DNA of 64,000 nucleotides from IMG/VR virus record IMGVR_UViG_3300032360_000001, positions 1-64,000 of that record; one strand, written 5' to 3'. A model generated the notes under the pieces. It was given only the letters and a program-made list of their open reading frames with translations, was not told the origin of the DNA and did no database searches. Shown here in pieces: positions 28,401 to 40,400 of the stretch. Both the position numbers and the translations under genes were made by a program. Source of the DNA: a virus. Position 1 is the first letter of the stretch. Every line of letters begins with the position of its first letter.

Positions 28401-31400
28401 TCCTATATGGGGTATAAGTTCGGGCATGGATTCATCCAGTAACTCTTTCTCACTAAGAATATGGCGTGGGTTCTGCGTTTGCCTTTTCATGAGGAACTTG
28501 TATATTCTGCTTGCTTGCGAATTGCCCTGATGAAAAGCCCCCATGTTATCGGCCTGCTCAAACTCACCGATGAGGCCCTTCTCCTTCATAAACGAGTGGA
28601 ACCACAATCTCTCGCTCATCATGCCGGGGGTGGCCCTATCTTTGGTCCTGTTCGAAGTCGAAGTGTGCCGAGTTTGAGTACCTATCCTCTGCCCAAACAT
28701 AGTTCTAGGTATCTCCATACCCGGCGGCGCAAACATCGCAACCCCCCTGTTGCTAGAGGAGGCAGCGCTCCTCATTTTGTTTTCGGTCCGGAATTCCAGA
28801 TTGATCCTAGCCATGCGTTTTTTCTCGGCTTCTAATTCGGCCCTCTTCGCCAGAGCCTCCTTAGACAAGTTATACCATTCGTCACCTCTGGGTATTTCAG
28901 TGGATAGATCACCCCTCCCAGACTTTATGAGCGCTTCTCTTAAACCTTCTTCTGTCATGGGTCCCCGCTTGTGGAGGGGTTGACCAAAGAAACCCTTACT
29001 TGGAATTTGTCCCGTAATTTGAAGCATTTGTCTTTGCTGGATCTTCTTCTCCCAAGCATTTTGATATTGCGTAACGGGACCTCCGTCTTGATAAACCTGT
29101 GGGTTAGCCCATCCGGATTTATTTTTTCTCCACCACTGATTTAGATGAGCAAAGGCTAAAGGGTTTCTCTCTTGAAAGATTTGTAGCTCTTCTCTGGCGG
29201 CTATCTCTCTCTCGTTAAGACGAGCCGGAAATCCCGCTATGGGCAAGCCGTTAACGCCAATTCGTTCCGCGAATGTCAACAATGTGTGCTCTTTCTCATG
29301 ATCGTAACCGCCCTCGGCAATGTTTCGCCTCATATTGCGCATCTTTTGCGAGGCAAGGTCCTTGGGGGTACCCTTGTGACGAAATGGATTACCCGGAATT
29401 CCAATTTCCCGTCTGAATAATTCTTGCATCTCCATTTGGGATTGCACCTCATGAAACGCTGGCGGAGCTTTGTCAAAAGCAAATTGTCCGTGCTCACCGC
29501 CGGGATTGCCCGGCGCACCGGGCAAAACTTTCACTCCCCTTAATGGGTTCCGGCCCAAGTTTAAATTGCCGCCAAGCTGCTGGCCGCCGCCCCACCCCGG
29601 CATAAGTGGTTGCTGCTGCGCCCAAGTATTTGGGTGCCGCCAAGGATTTTGAGGCACCGGACCACCTTGTTGGAACATCCTTCCTTCATTTATCTCGCGT
29701 AAATGACCCAGCACTCCGGGCTTTCTGACTTCGCTTTTTCTGACTATGAATTCTCCGCCCTCTGCTTCGAGCTTAATGCCTCCCCTCGAGTGAGAAGGAC
29801 CATGAAGCTCTCCACCTGACTGTTGTTGCGGTAAGCTTGGCCTCCCATAGTTTCCAAAGCCACCGCTCATCAAGTTCCCCATAAATCTACCTATCGTAGC
29901 GTTATAGAACGCTTGGTTTATCATCTTTAAAAAACCTCGAGCCCACGCTTTCGCCGTCTCGGTGGCGCTTTCGCCCTCTACTGCAAAAGCTGCCCAACCG
30001 TCTGCGAAAGACGAAATCATTCCTTCTCTTATCTCAATCATGTCGTCGAGGACCCTTTCCTTCCATCCTCTTGACATTGCCTCACCCTTCTCAAACGTGT
30101 CCGCTCCAAACGCTTCCCAGACACCTATTTTTCCCGTTCTTAGTTGCTGACGGGTTATATCCTGTTCTCTTTGGTATGTATCTGCAGGTGTTCCTATGCC
30201 CGCTGCTTCTTCTAGTCTGGCTTGTTTTGCTGCTAGCCTTAATTGAACCTCTGTCAGTTTTTTTGTTGAGTTTAATAATTCTTTGAATTTTTTGGGGTCA
30301 TCCATTATGGACAAACTCATTGTTGTATTCGCTATCTGCGTGTCGAGTGCCTCCATCCTCTTCACGTGCTCTGCGGTTACAAATCTTTTTTGTATTTCTA
30401 TAGCTGCCTGAGTTACCGATCCCCAGTTATCGATAATTACCTTTTGAGCATTCAGCGCATCTGTGTGTGATTGTTTTGCTTTTCTTAATTCATTTTCAGC
30501 ATCTTTTCCTGCGTTTATAATGTTTATGTAGTCAGCGTATGTTGCGTTATGCGCGTCGAGTTGATTTGTTTCATTTTTTCTTGCTAACGCTGACGCTTCG
30601 GTTGCTGCCTCCAGATCATCGTTGACCTTCTTAAGCTCTTCTTTAGTATCGTCGCTCTGCTCCTTCCTTAGTATTACAGCTTTCTCGTTAAGCAACCTAA
30701 CCACATTATCCTCCGCGGTCTTCTTCTCATTAGCCGTTACCCCCAACGCCGCATCACTTTTCTCAAAATCTTTGAATTTCGCTGTCCGCATCATGTGGGC
30801 CTTTAAAACATTTGCTTCCGCCACCTTACTCTCTGCGAGAGCTTCTTTTCTTCCCCCCGCGGCTGCTTCTTTTTCAATGGTCAAAATTTTCTCCATCTCT
30901 CTCTTGAGGTTCCGCTGCTGGGTTTCCCCCACTCTTGATGGTGAAATCGCGCTAAATGTCTGCGCGGCAAATGCGCCACCCGGCTGTGATGTCCTTGGGC
31001 TGCGCATCTGTTGCAATAGGTTTTCCCTCGGTAAGCCCTCTTGTCTTATAAGCTCCTGATCGAGCTCGAAAGGAGACATGTCTTGCAAATCTTTTGAGGA
31101 AATACCAATTGCTTTAGAGAACTTTTCAAGCGCGGCACTGGCTTCGAGCAAAGCGTCTCTTTCTGCTTGTAAAGAGTCAACAAGCCCCTTAGACTGCTCG
31201 TTTGCTGCCTGATTTAGAGCTATTTGGTCCGCGGCTGCCTTTGCTCTTGGGTCAGTAATCTCGCTGGGAAGTAGCGCCGCGCCACCACGCGCCTCTATGG
31301 TTTTTTGGAGCATGGCCGATTGGTCTGTTCTTTCTTTTATAGCCCTCTGTTCTAAAGCTGTTCTTAATACCACCGCATTATGCCGCGCTCTTATGTTTCT

Positions 31401-34400
31401 GTCCCCAATTTTCGACTCTGCCACTAGCAGCCGCTTTTGCACTTCGGTTAGCTTCGATTCAATCAGCGTTCTCTGAGCGTATAAAGCCTTTAATTTGTCT
31501 TGTGCTTTGCCAGCCTCAATCGTTCTGTTTTTTATTTTTTCTTCTATTGCCGCAATCTCCTTAGCGTTGTCTGTTATTTTTTTCTGGGCTACATTCGCCT
31601 TGTGTATTTCGTTATGGTATGCTACGCCTTCTTTAAATTGTTTGTCGAGTTGTGCAGCAATTTTCTTTTGTTGATTGGCGGTGAGTTTCTGCCCCAGCGT
31701 GTGTTCAATACTATATTGGGCCGGGATATTCATTTTGTCCCCAGCATTAATTCTATTAATGTTTGCAATTTGGGGATTTGCCCCTTTTAAATTGTCTAGA
31801 GAGACTCCGTAGGTTTGCGCAATTGCATTAGCTGTATCGCCACCCAGTATTGTGTGCTCCCGCGCTGCCGTAAATCCAAGTGCCGGTGGCCCCCCGACAT
31901 TTCCGCCGGGTGCTGTTATCATCCGTTGATGAGCCTTGCCCTGACTTAGATTAGTCAAAAATCTGTACGCCATGTCTCGCTTATCACCAAACGTGGCCGG
32001 GTCGTTTTGCATACCTGAGATTTTCCATATACTACCGGGGCCCAGCATTGAGTGTTCGTAGTCACGGGTGCGGTCCGGGGTGAACACCCCCCCTTCTTTT
32101 CTCACTGCTGCCCGTCGCCACAAGGCATCTTGGTTCAGTTTACCGCCAAACAAACCCCCTTCGAAAGTACCGGGTGACAAACCCTCGGGGCCCATGCCTG
32201 TGACCTTGCCAGCAATGTCCGGCATCGCGTCCTTTAGCTTATCCATCCATTGCCCCCCAACTCTTTTTGCCACGTTGACCTGTTGAGGCCCCCTGAAGGC
32301 CGCAAGCAGATTCTGATTTATGAAAACGTTGGCCATCTCCATCGTGTGCCTACCTAGCGTTCTTGCCATAGCAGATGCTTTCTGCGTGGCGGCGGTTTGG
32401 ACCCGTTTGACGGCGGACATATCTTTGTTCGCAGCTTCTAAACCTTTTTCTAATTCTTGGAAAGGCAGATCGCCCAAAAACGGTGCCAATTTATGAATTT
32501 CATCAATCATTTCCGCGTTGTCGCCCATTAACCGTTCCGCGGCTTGTCGCGCTATATCATGTATTTTATCCGAGCCAGTCTTCAGCTTAGTTAGGTATAT
32601 AACGCTTGCCCTTCCGCCGGGGTCGCTTACCTCTGGAGACGCTTTCTCTACGTCCTTCATCATTTTATCTATCTCGCTAGGATCAGGAATATTCTTAAAC
32701 GCTTTATCCGGGTCGATACCTAAAAGTTCCTTTACGCTTGGTAATCCGCTTCTCGGCCCCTGATAGCCTTTATTTCCTCTTAAGAATGATCTTCCGTATT
32801 TACCAAATGTTTGTCTAGCCATTGTGGTAAGTGGCTGAGTAGTTTGTTCTGTTCCTCTTCGTACTTGACCAGCAAGCATACTACCCGGAATAAGAGGTGG
32901 GGGTATTGGTGCTGATGTAGTTTGTTTCCTGAGGTCAAAAAGTTTGTCTCTTAGTAGTCTTGAGCTAGACCTTCCCTCTATTTCATCCATTGCCCTTTTG
33001 TATTGCTCCGGCAACAGATGGAGTGCGTTTTTTATTTCTTCTCGTTGACTTTTTGAAACAGTTTCGTCGGATAGTATAGCTTCAAGTATGTTAGTGAGAA
33101 CATTTATAACTATATCTTCTTTATTATTAAGAGCATTTTTTGTGTCTTCGTTTTCGCTTGAATTAAGTTTACTCAAGGCGTCTATCGATTGCTGTATAGC
33201 TAATAAAGGAGTTTCAAGCGGGTCTGCCGATATCGCTAATTCGGTATCTGCAAGCTCGTCAATGGTAGCATTAAGAATTTCCATGCCGTTTGAGAAATTA
33301 TCTGCATAGTCTGCAAAACTGTTCAAGGCATCGCTGATATTATTCCCAACATCCATGGTGTTGACTGAAAAAATCCATTCCTTCATGGTATTTTCAGCCG
33401 CCTTGGAAAACGAATTTGTCCATTCTTTCACTGCATCCACAGTGCCGCCACCTTTAGGCCTGTCCGGAACACCCCCTCCAAGATCTATCGTTGATGACCT
33501 GAATGGTTTAAGCTCCTTTATCTGCTTGCTCAAAAGAGCCGCTATCTGTTCTGCTAATTTTTTATCTACTACAATCCCTTTGTTTGGATCAATAATTGCC
33601 TTAAGACTGGCTTGAAACGCATCTGTTATTGTGTCGAATTGTTCTAAGAGCGGTTTAATATCCCCCTCCCTCTCAAAGAAGCCCTCCTCGTCACCGGTTC
33701 TTAAAGCCACGCCTTCTAAGACCTTTCTGATCCGAGCCTCTTGACCTTCGAACTTGTCTAGAGCAGCCTTAATCAACTTAGCCTCTGAGACGTCTACTGT
33801 CCTCCCCTCCTTAAAGGTCTTTTGAAAATTAGTAAATAGCAGCTTCCCTGCGGAGCGGTAATCCTCCATCATGTCGCTGACCCCGACCATCATGCCCTCA
33901 TATTCGCCTTGCTCCAGCGGCTGTTGTACCCTAATGAGTGGTATTTCATTATAATAAGACGCATCGGTTCGCCCACCACGCTGCTGCGTCTGATCCCATG
34001 TTTCACCGCCACCAATGCCGGGTGAGAGTACTTGTCGCGTTCCTCTGGTATATATCTGACCCGGTTGACTCGGGTGAACTCCGATCACGGCTGTTTGTAT
34101 AGCCAATAATGCTGTAAGAAGTTTCTTCGGGTCGCTCTGCAATTCATACGCTTCGAATCCCTTTTTGCCCGGAAGTAGAGCTACGACATCTGTCAACTTG
34201 GATAGTGCAGATATCATGTTCGGCTGCCAATTTCCGGAGTCTCCCTCGAAAACCATATCCTTTAAATCTTTTGTTAATATCTTTATCGCCTCAGAAGGGC
34301 TGGCGGAGGTTCCCATCCATGTCTGGGTTTTTTCCCAGTCATTTAAGTCCAATGGCAGAGTACCGCGCACCCTAGTCTCACCCGTGGGCAACTCCGTTCT

Positions 34401-37400
34401 TTCAATTAGTCCCTGCTCCTCTGTTACTTCACTTATTCTAGCGAAGGACCTCAGCAAGGCTTCCTGTGCTCTTACGAGGGATATCTTCATCTGACTGTCC
34501 TGCGGGACATTTGCATCAGTTAAAGTGGATTTATACGCCTCAAAGGCGACTGTCATTTTGCCTACGTCCTCAGCATTTCCGCCAGTTCGGACCCTCTCCA
34601 TGAATTTTGCCATATTTATGTCAAAACTACTATCCTTCACTTCCTGTTTCGACACAGCCCAAACGTCCATCTTCTCCGTAATGTTTTCCCACGTCATAGA
34701 CTCTCCCGGCAAAAGGCTCCCAGCCGCCGCGTCAATGTGCTTTACAAGCCAAGTATTTGCCTTGTGCAAACTCCATAGAATTCCACCTTTATCAAAGATT
34801 TCCTCATGTTGTGGAGGGACCATCGAGAATTTAGTGCCCTTGCTCAAGTTGGCCATCATATCCTCGGCACCGGCTGTTTTACCCTCTAAAGAGGCGAAGG
34901 CCTTTTCTTGGTTTATTCTAGTATGCTGCAGGCTTTGTTCTCCCCTAAATACCTCTACCGCCTGCATGAACCCTGTGTTCGCCTTGGACATGATTTCGCC
35001 CATTTTTGACACGGCCCCAGTCATCGCAGTGTCTATCGCGGCTTTATAAACTTGATCATTAGTTCTTCGCTGGTTTGCCCCGAATTCCTCTGCTGCCATT
35101 GCCGCGCTGCCAAGTTTTTCATTTGAAACTATAAGATCGTAATTACTGCCAATAAGTAAAGCCGTTACGTCAACATTTGCACCCAGACTCTCCACCAACA
35201 TGTTTCTGTTTTTGAACTCGGCCTCTAGAAGTTTAGCTTTATATGCTCGTTCTTCTGACGCAATTTTTGACAAATTAGCTGAGTCCATAACCTCCGCCAT
35301 CATTCCGCCTTGAGCAGAATTCATGCTTTCTATTATACTTTTCCCTATGTCTGGATTAAAGTTGCTATTAATGACTCTACTTACGTTTTCCGGGCTCATT
35401 CCAAGGGCCTCTAAAGCGTCGGGGGCTTCTGCCCTAAAGGTTCTTTCCAGAAGGCTCTCTTTCATGGCCTTACCTATGCCATTTGCGAAATCAAATCCCA
35501 TTTTTTCCAGATCTCTTAGCCCCTGCATCTGCATCATTGCCGCTTTTGACCTCTCGCCCCTAGTTGGAAGCCCCGCCACAGTCGTTAACTTCTTCAAGGC
35601 GTCAATAATGCCTCCTCCGCCAAAACCTCCCCCCGCTGTCATGGATTCCTGCAGGGTTCTTCTTCTTTGAAACGCCCTGTTCGATTCTGCAATTTGATTT
35701 TGAATTATCAGAAGCCTATTTGATTGGGCAAGATTTAAATTGTTTTCTTTTATTTCGTATTCTGCTTTGGAAAGTGCATCTTCTAGTTTTCTACCCTGCT
35801 CTCTTCCGACCCCCCCTTCCTTGTCATTGATTATTCCTCTGTATATATCCGCGGCAAGATCAGCTGGGCCGACTATCATTTGCCGCGCCAAGACTTGAAG
35901 TTGCTGCAATCCGCCGGGCAAGCTTCCCCCTGCGCTGCTTTTTTCCATGGTCATCTTAAGGATTGCGTCGTGAAATCTTTTTTGCAACAGGGTATTTTTT
36001 AAGGTGTTAGTTTCTATATTCTTGAGTATATTGCCGGCAACTCCAAATCTTTCCCTGCGTTCCCTACCAATCGTTTCGTCCCCCGTTACGGCACTTGATA
36101 ATTCCTTGCTCACTTTCTGACTGTGGTCAAAGAGAGATTTTGATACATTCATTAAATGTTCAAATGAATTTGATATTTGTGATAACCTATAGTTTAGATC
36201 AGCCGTAGCTAGTGCCATTCTTTCTATCGATTCTACAGATTTTGAAGTTTCTGCTTCGAGCTCTTCATACCCTCGGGCTTGAGCCATTATCTGCGGTATA
36301 AGACCTTGATTTTCTTCTCCAAGCGCTTCTATCATGTCTGCGGCTTCTTTAGCTCCAACGCCCATTTCTTCAAGCTTAGCCGTTAGATCAGCGCCGGATT
36401 TACCCATGAGTTCCCAACTCTTAATTCCTTTTAATTCGAATGCAGAAGATAAGGTTTTCGCCAAGTCCTTCATTACTCCTCTTTGCGCTGCGCCGCCTTC
36501 CCCCGCTTTCGCCGCTAATACGCCCATCGAACCTTTCTTTTCCTGCATGGAAATAGTTTCCTGCACTTTAGCCATGGCTTCTCGCATTTTGCTTTCATCA
36601 CCAGCAGCACCAATTAGCTCTCTCCTTAGTCCCGCATCCTCGATTTGCATGAGTTGTTCTCTCATTTGTCTGCGCATCATCCCCGTTTCGGCAGGACCAG
36701 CGCCCCTATTAAACATGCCGGTTAATCTCCCCTGCAGTTTAATATATGCCTCCGCGCCGAGTAAGGCTTTCTTTCTCGCCTCCGTCTCTTTTTGAATAGC
36801 TTTCGCGTAGTCTTCCGCTGTTTTCTTGCTGGCTTTTTGATGGTCCATGAACGCCAGCCCGGCACCAATAGCTAAGCCCGCTGCCGCGCCCCAAGGACCG
36901 CCAATCATTGCGCCAGTTCCGGCCATCCCTGCCGCGGTGCCAACTCCTCTAACTTTTGCTTTCTCTGCTCTTTCTTCTGGGGTTTCGCCTTTGCCTCCAA
37001 CAAATTGTTCGGCCACTCCAGCCATCATTTGAATACCTATTCCCAGCCCAAAGCCTTTTTGTTTGATCCACTTACTCGCGGCACCTTTCGTGTCCGGTTT
37101 TAGTGCTGCGGCCTTTTCTGCCGCTTTTGCTTCTGCGTGTTTTGCGGCGGCTACTTTCCTTGAGGTCGTTGCCATTTTCTTGTCCATCGCCCAAATTTTT
37201 GCTTGAGCGGCGGCCTTTTTTTCGTTTGCTGCGTTTGCTCGATCAGCAGCGCGGGCTTCAGCCTCTCTCGCCTTTTGAAGAAGTAAGGTTTTTTTGGTTA
37301 GGTCCTTGGCTGCTTTATCGCCGGAATGTTCGCCGACGGATCCCCTTGGGGTTCTTCCTGAAGTATCTACGGATTGTGAAATTATTTTACCAGCTTGGGC

Positions 37401-40400
37401 GTGGCCTTGTTGTCTTAGCTTTTCGATTTTTGCATTGTATGCTGGGGTGTGTGGAAGACCAGTAGAAGGATTTATTCCGGGAACGCCACCAACGGTGCCT
37501 CGCTCTGCGCGTAACCCAGTCATTCCTAGTCCCGCTGGTCCGGAATGCGCCATTCCAGCGCCTCGCGGCCCCGGGGTACCGTGCATTATTGCCCTGTTCA
37601 CTTCTCTTCGAACTATTCTATCTGCTGCTTTTTGCTGCGCCGCTTCAGCTTGCTTTACGCCTCCCGTTCTCTCCCCCCCCGGAGTGGTTCTCGTTCCGAA
37701 TTTGGCCTCCATTCGGCTCTTGGTCGCCTTCTGAGCGTCGCGCCCATGCTCCTTGACCTCCGTTTGTAATCTAGTTTTTTCTTTTTGTTGGGCTTTTCGT
37801 GCTCTTTCTTGTTTTTTAGCGGCTGCTTTCGCTTTTTTCTTTATATCTTTTTGTTTTTCGTGATCCGCCTTTTGATCGGCCAGCATTTTTGTTTCTTGAG
37901 CGCTGTCTCCGCCCATTTGCATCATCATTCCTGCCATCATCATTCCTGATGTCATGGCCATGTAATCAACGCTATCTGCAGCATAGTTGGGTATGTAACC
38001 CCCACTTGCCCTCGAGCCCGCTTTAGCTGGGTCTGGGTGAGATCTAACAGCTTTAATTAGATCCGCCTTTGTCCGTTCATCTCTCTTATTTCCTACCGCC
38101 AAACCTTTGTATTCTGGAGTATCTATGGAAGCTGCATAAAGTTGATTTTCGGGTAACCCGGTGGCTTTCTTTTCCCTTCTAAACGCATCCGCTAGTGCAT
38201 CGCCTTTGCTGAAACTAGGAATGAGCCCTTGGCCAGCTGGATTAACCTGCCCCCAATTACTGCCATAATTTACTATTCGGGGCCGTATATTCATATCTTT
38301 GCTTGCACCTCTTAGTGCCGCGTAATATGCGTTTGCCCGTGAGTCTTCATAGAACTTTGCGTTTTGTAAATGTGGGCGTTCAAAAATTTCATAGGCCTTC
38401 TTCTGGTGAGTTTTCTCTATCCCTTTGGGGTATTTTCTGCTTCCAGTAGCTATTACTTCCCTGTATGGAATTTTTTGGGCTTTTAACCAAGTCTGAATAT
38501 ATGGAATTGAATCTTCCCCTCTTGCGGTTAAAACCGTCATTGGCTCTTTATTTTTTGAGGCTGCCTTCGCTAATTTAGTTGGTACCATATGACCGACAGA
38601 CCAACCATGCCACGTATCCCCTTCTCGCATTTTTCTCATACCTGTTGGGGTGGTAACCATCCCTTTTGGAGGTACTCCCAACGTCCCATCAAAATCAAAA
38701 ATGTTTCCCTTTCCGCGTCCACGGGCTGCGGCTGCCATCGATCCTCCCCGCATTAAATTAGGAATGAAACCTTGGGCCGCACCAAAATGCGTCATTAGTT
38801 TATCATAATTCGATGCCGATGGACTCCCTTGAAGGATCTTCATTATATCCTTACCAAAAATATCTTTTATTTGTGTAGCGCCTTTGGCCCCCTCAAGCGT
38901 AACTTCACTTTGGGAAACTCTTTGCATTCTTTGGAAGTCTGCCGTTTTTGCGGTATCTATATAGTTATCTAATTTTGTTAGATCGCCCTGCAACTTCTGC
39001 GGACTGTGGAATGTGCCGGCTTTATCTTTGTAGCCGCCGCGGGCAATATTCTTTTCTATTCCTGTCCGTAAAAAATGCAATAGTCCGCCCTCTTTACCCG
39101 AGTCAGAAGAGAATAACGATTTGTACGACAGGCTTCCTCTGGCGTCTCTGCCGGACATCCCCGCATGAAAACTTGGTTTGAATTCAGCAGGTCCAATTAT
39201 TTTCCCCCCTTTTATAGCTATTGCATCTAGAATTGTTTCTCCTTGCCCCCCCTTTACATTGCTAAACGGCAGAAGTTGATGGCCGCTACCACGACCAACA
39301 AGGGCTTTTTCTATTAAACTAGAATGAGTTAATTCCGCTTTTGCAAAAAATGAGCCTTTAGCAGCGGGGTTGTTACCTAGCACCTCCATTGCCCTTTCTC
39401 TTGCCCCCAAGAATGACCGTGCTGTCCCGCTTGGGTGGTATACTATATCTTGTGCTATACGCGACGCGTTACCCGCACCCCCAACTGAATCGACGAAGCC
39501 CTTGTACGCCGTCTTACCAACCGCCGGAGATAATAGATCATTGTAAAATCGTTTTGCAACATCGCTTGGCATTGTAGCTCTCGCAACTGCTACTTCTCCT
39601 ATTTCTCCTAACGCTATTTTTCCCTTTGCGGCTGACACACCATGACCCGATATTGCATGATCATAAGCGGTCCTTAATACGTTTTTTTGCCCCTTAGGAA
39701 CCTTGGGTCCGGATTTATGGAATCTCCCTATTCCGAAACTTTCTAAAGAAGCGGCTGCTCCTTTTCCGGGCATGGCTACTGTACCCAACCCCAGTTTGCC
39801 TCGACCAAATAAAGAAAGCATCGCTGGGTTGGCGAAATTTGGAACTGAATAAGGATCGACACCAGTTTTGGCCATTGATTTTTCTCTATGTTGCCTACCG
39901 GCCTTCGAGTGCTGTGGTGGATTAATGAATGGCTGAGCAAAGCCGGGTACATGTTTAACCTGTTCTTTTGAGTTGTAGGTCATTGTTCCAAGCCCGGGCA
40001 TTTTCATTTGTTTTATGGCTCCTGCTTTGTACCCGCCTTCTGCTGCGCTTATTATTTCACTTACAGCGCTTTCTCTCTTGTTAAAATTCGGTATGTGTCC
40101 CCGCGCCGAGTGTTTGGGCGGTCTACCCCTCATATACGCCGGTGCCTGTACTTGTCCTGCACCACTTACGGTTACCCCGCCCTTTACCATCATGCCAGCC
40201 ATTCTTGCGGCAACCTTCTCCATGTTCTGCATCACAAGGGTCTCTTGCTCGAGCATAGCGATTATTTCTCTTTCTACCTGCACTCTTGCTTGCGATGACT
40301 GCGCTGCTCTTGCTATAAGTTGTGGCTGAGCTTCCAATATTTTGGCTATTCCTTCTTGCAAGCTTTTTTGTTGTACAGCAGCGGTGTTCAAACCCATGAA

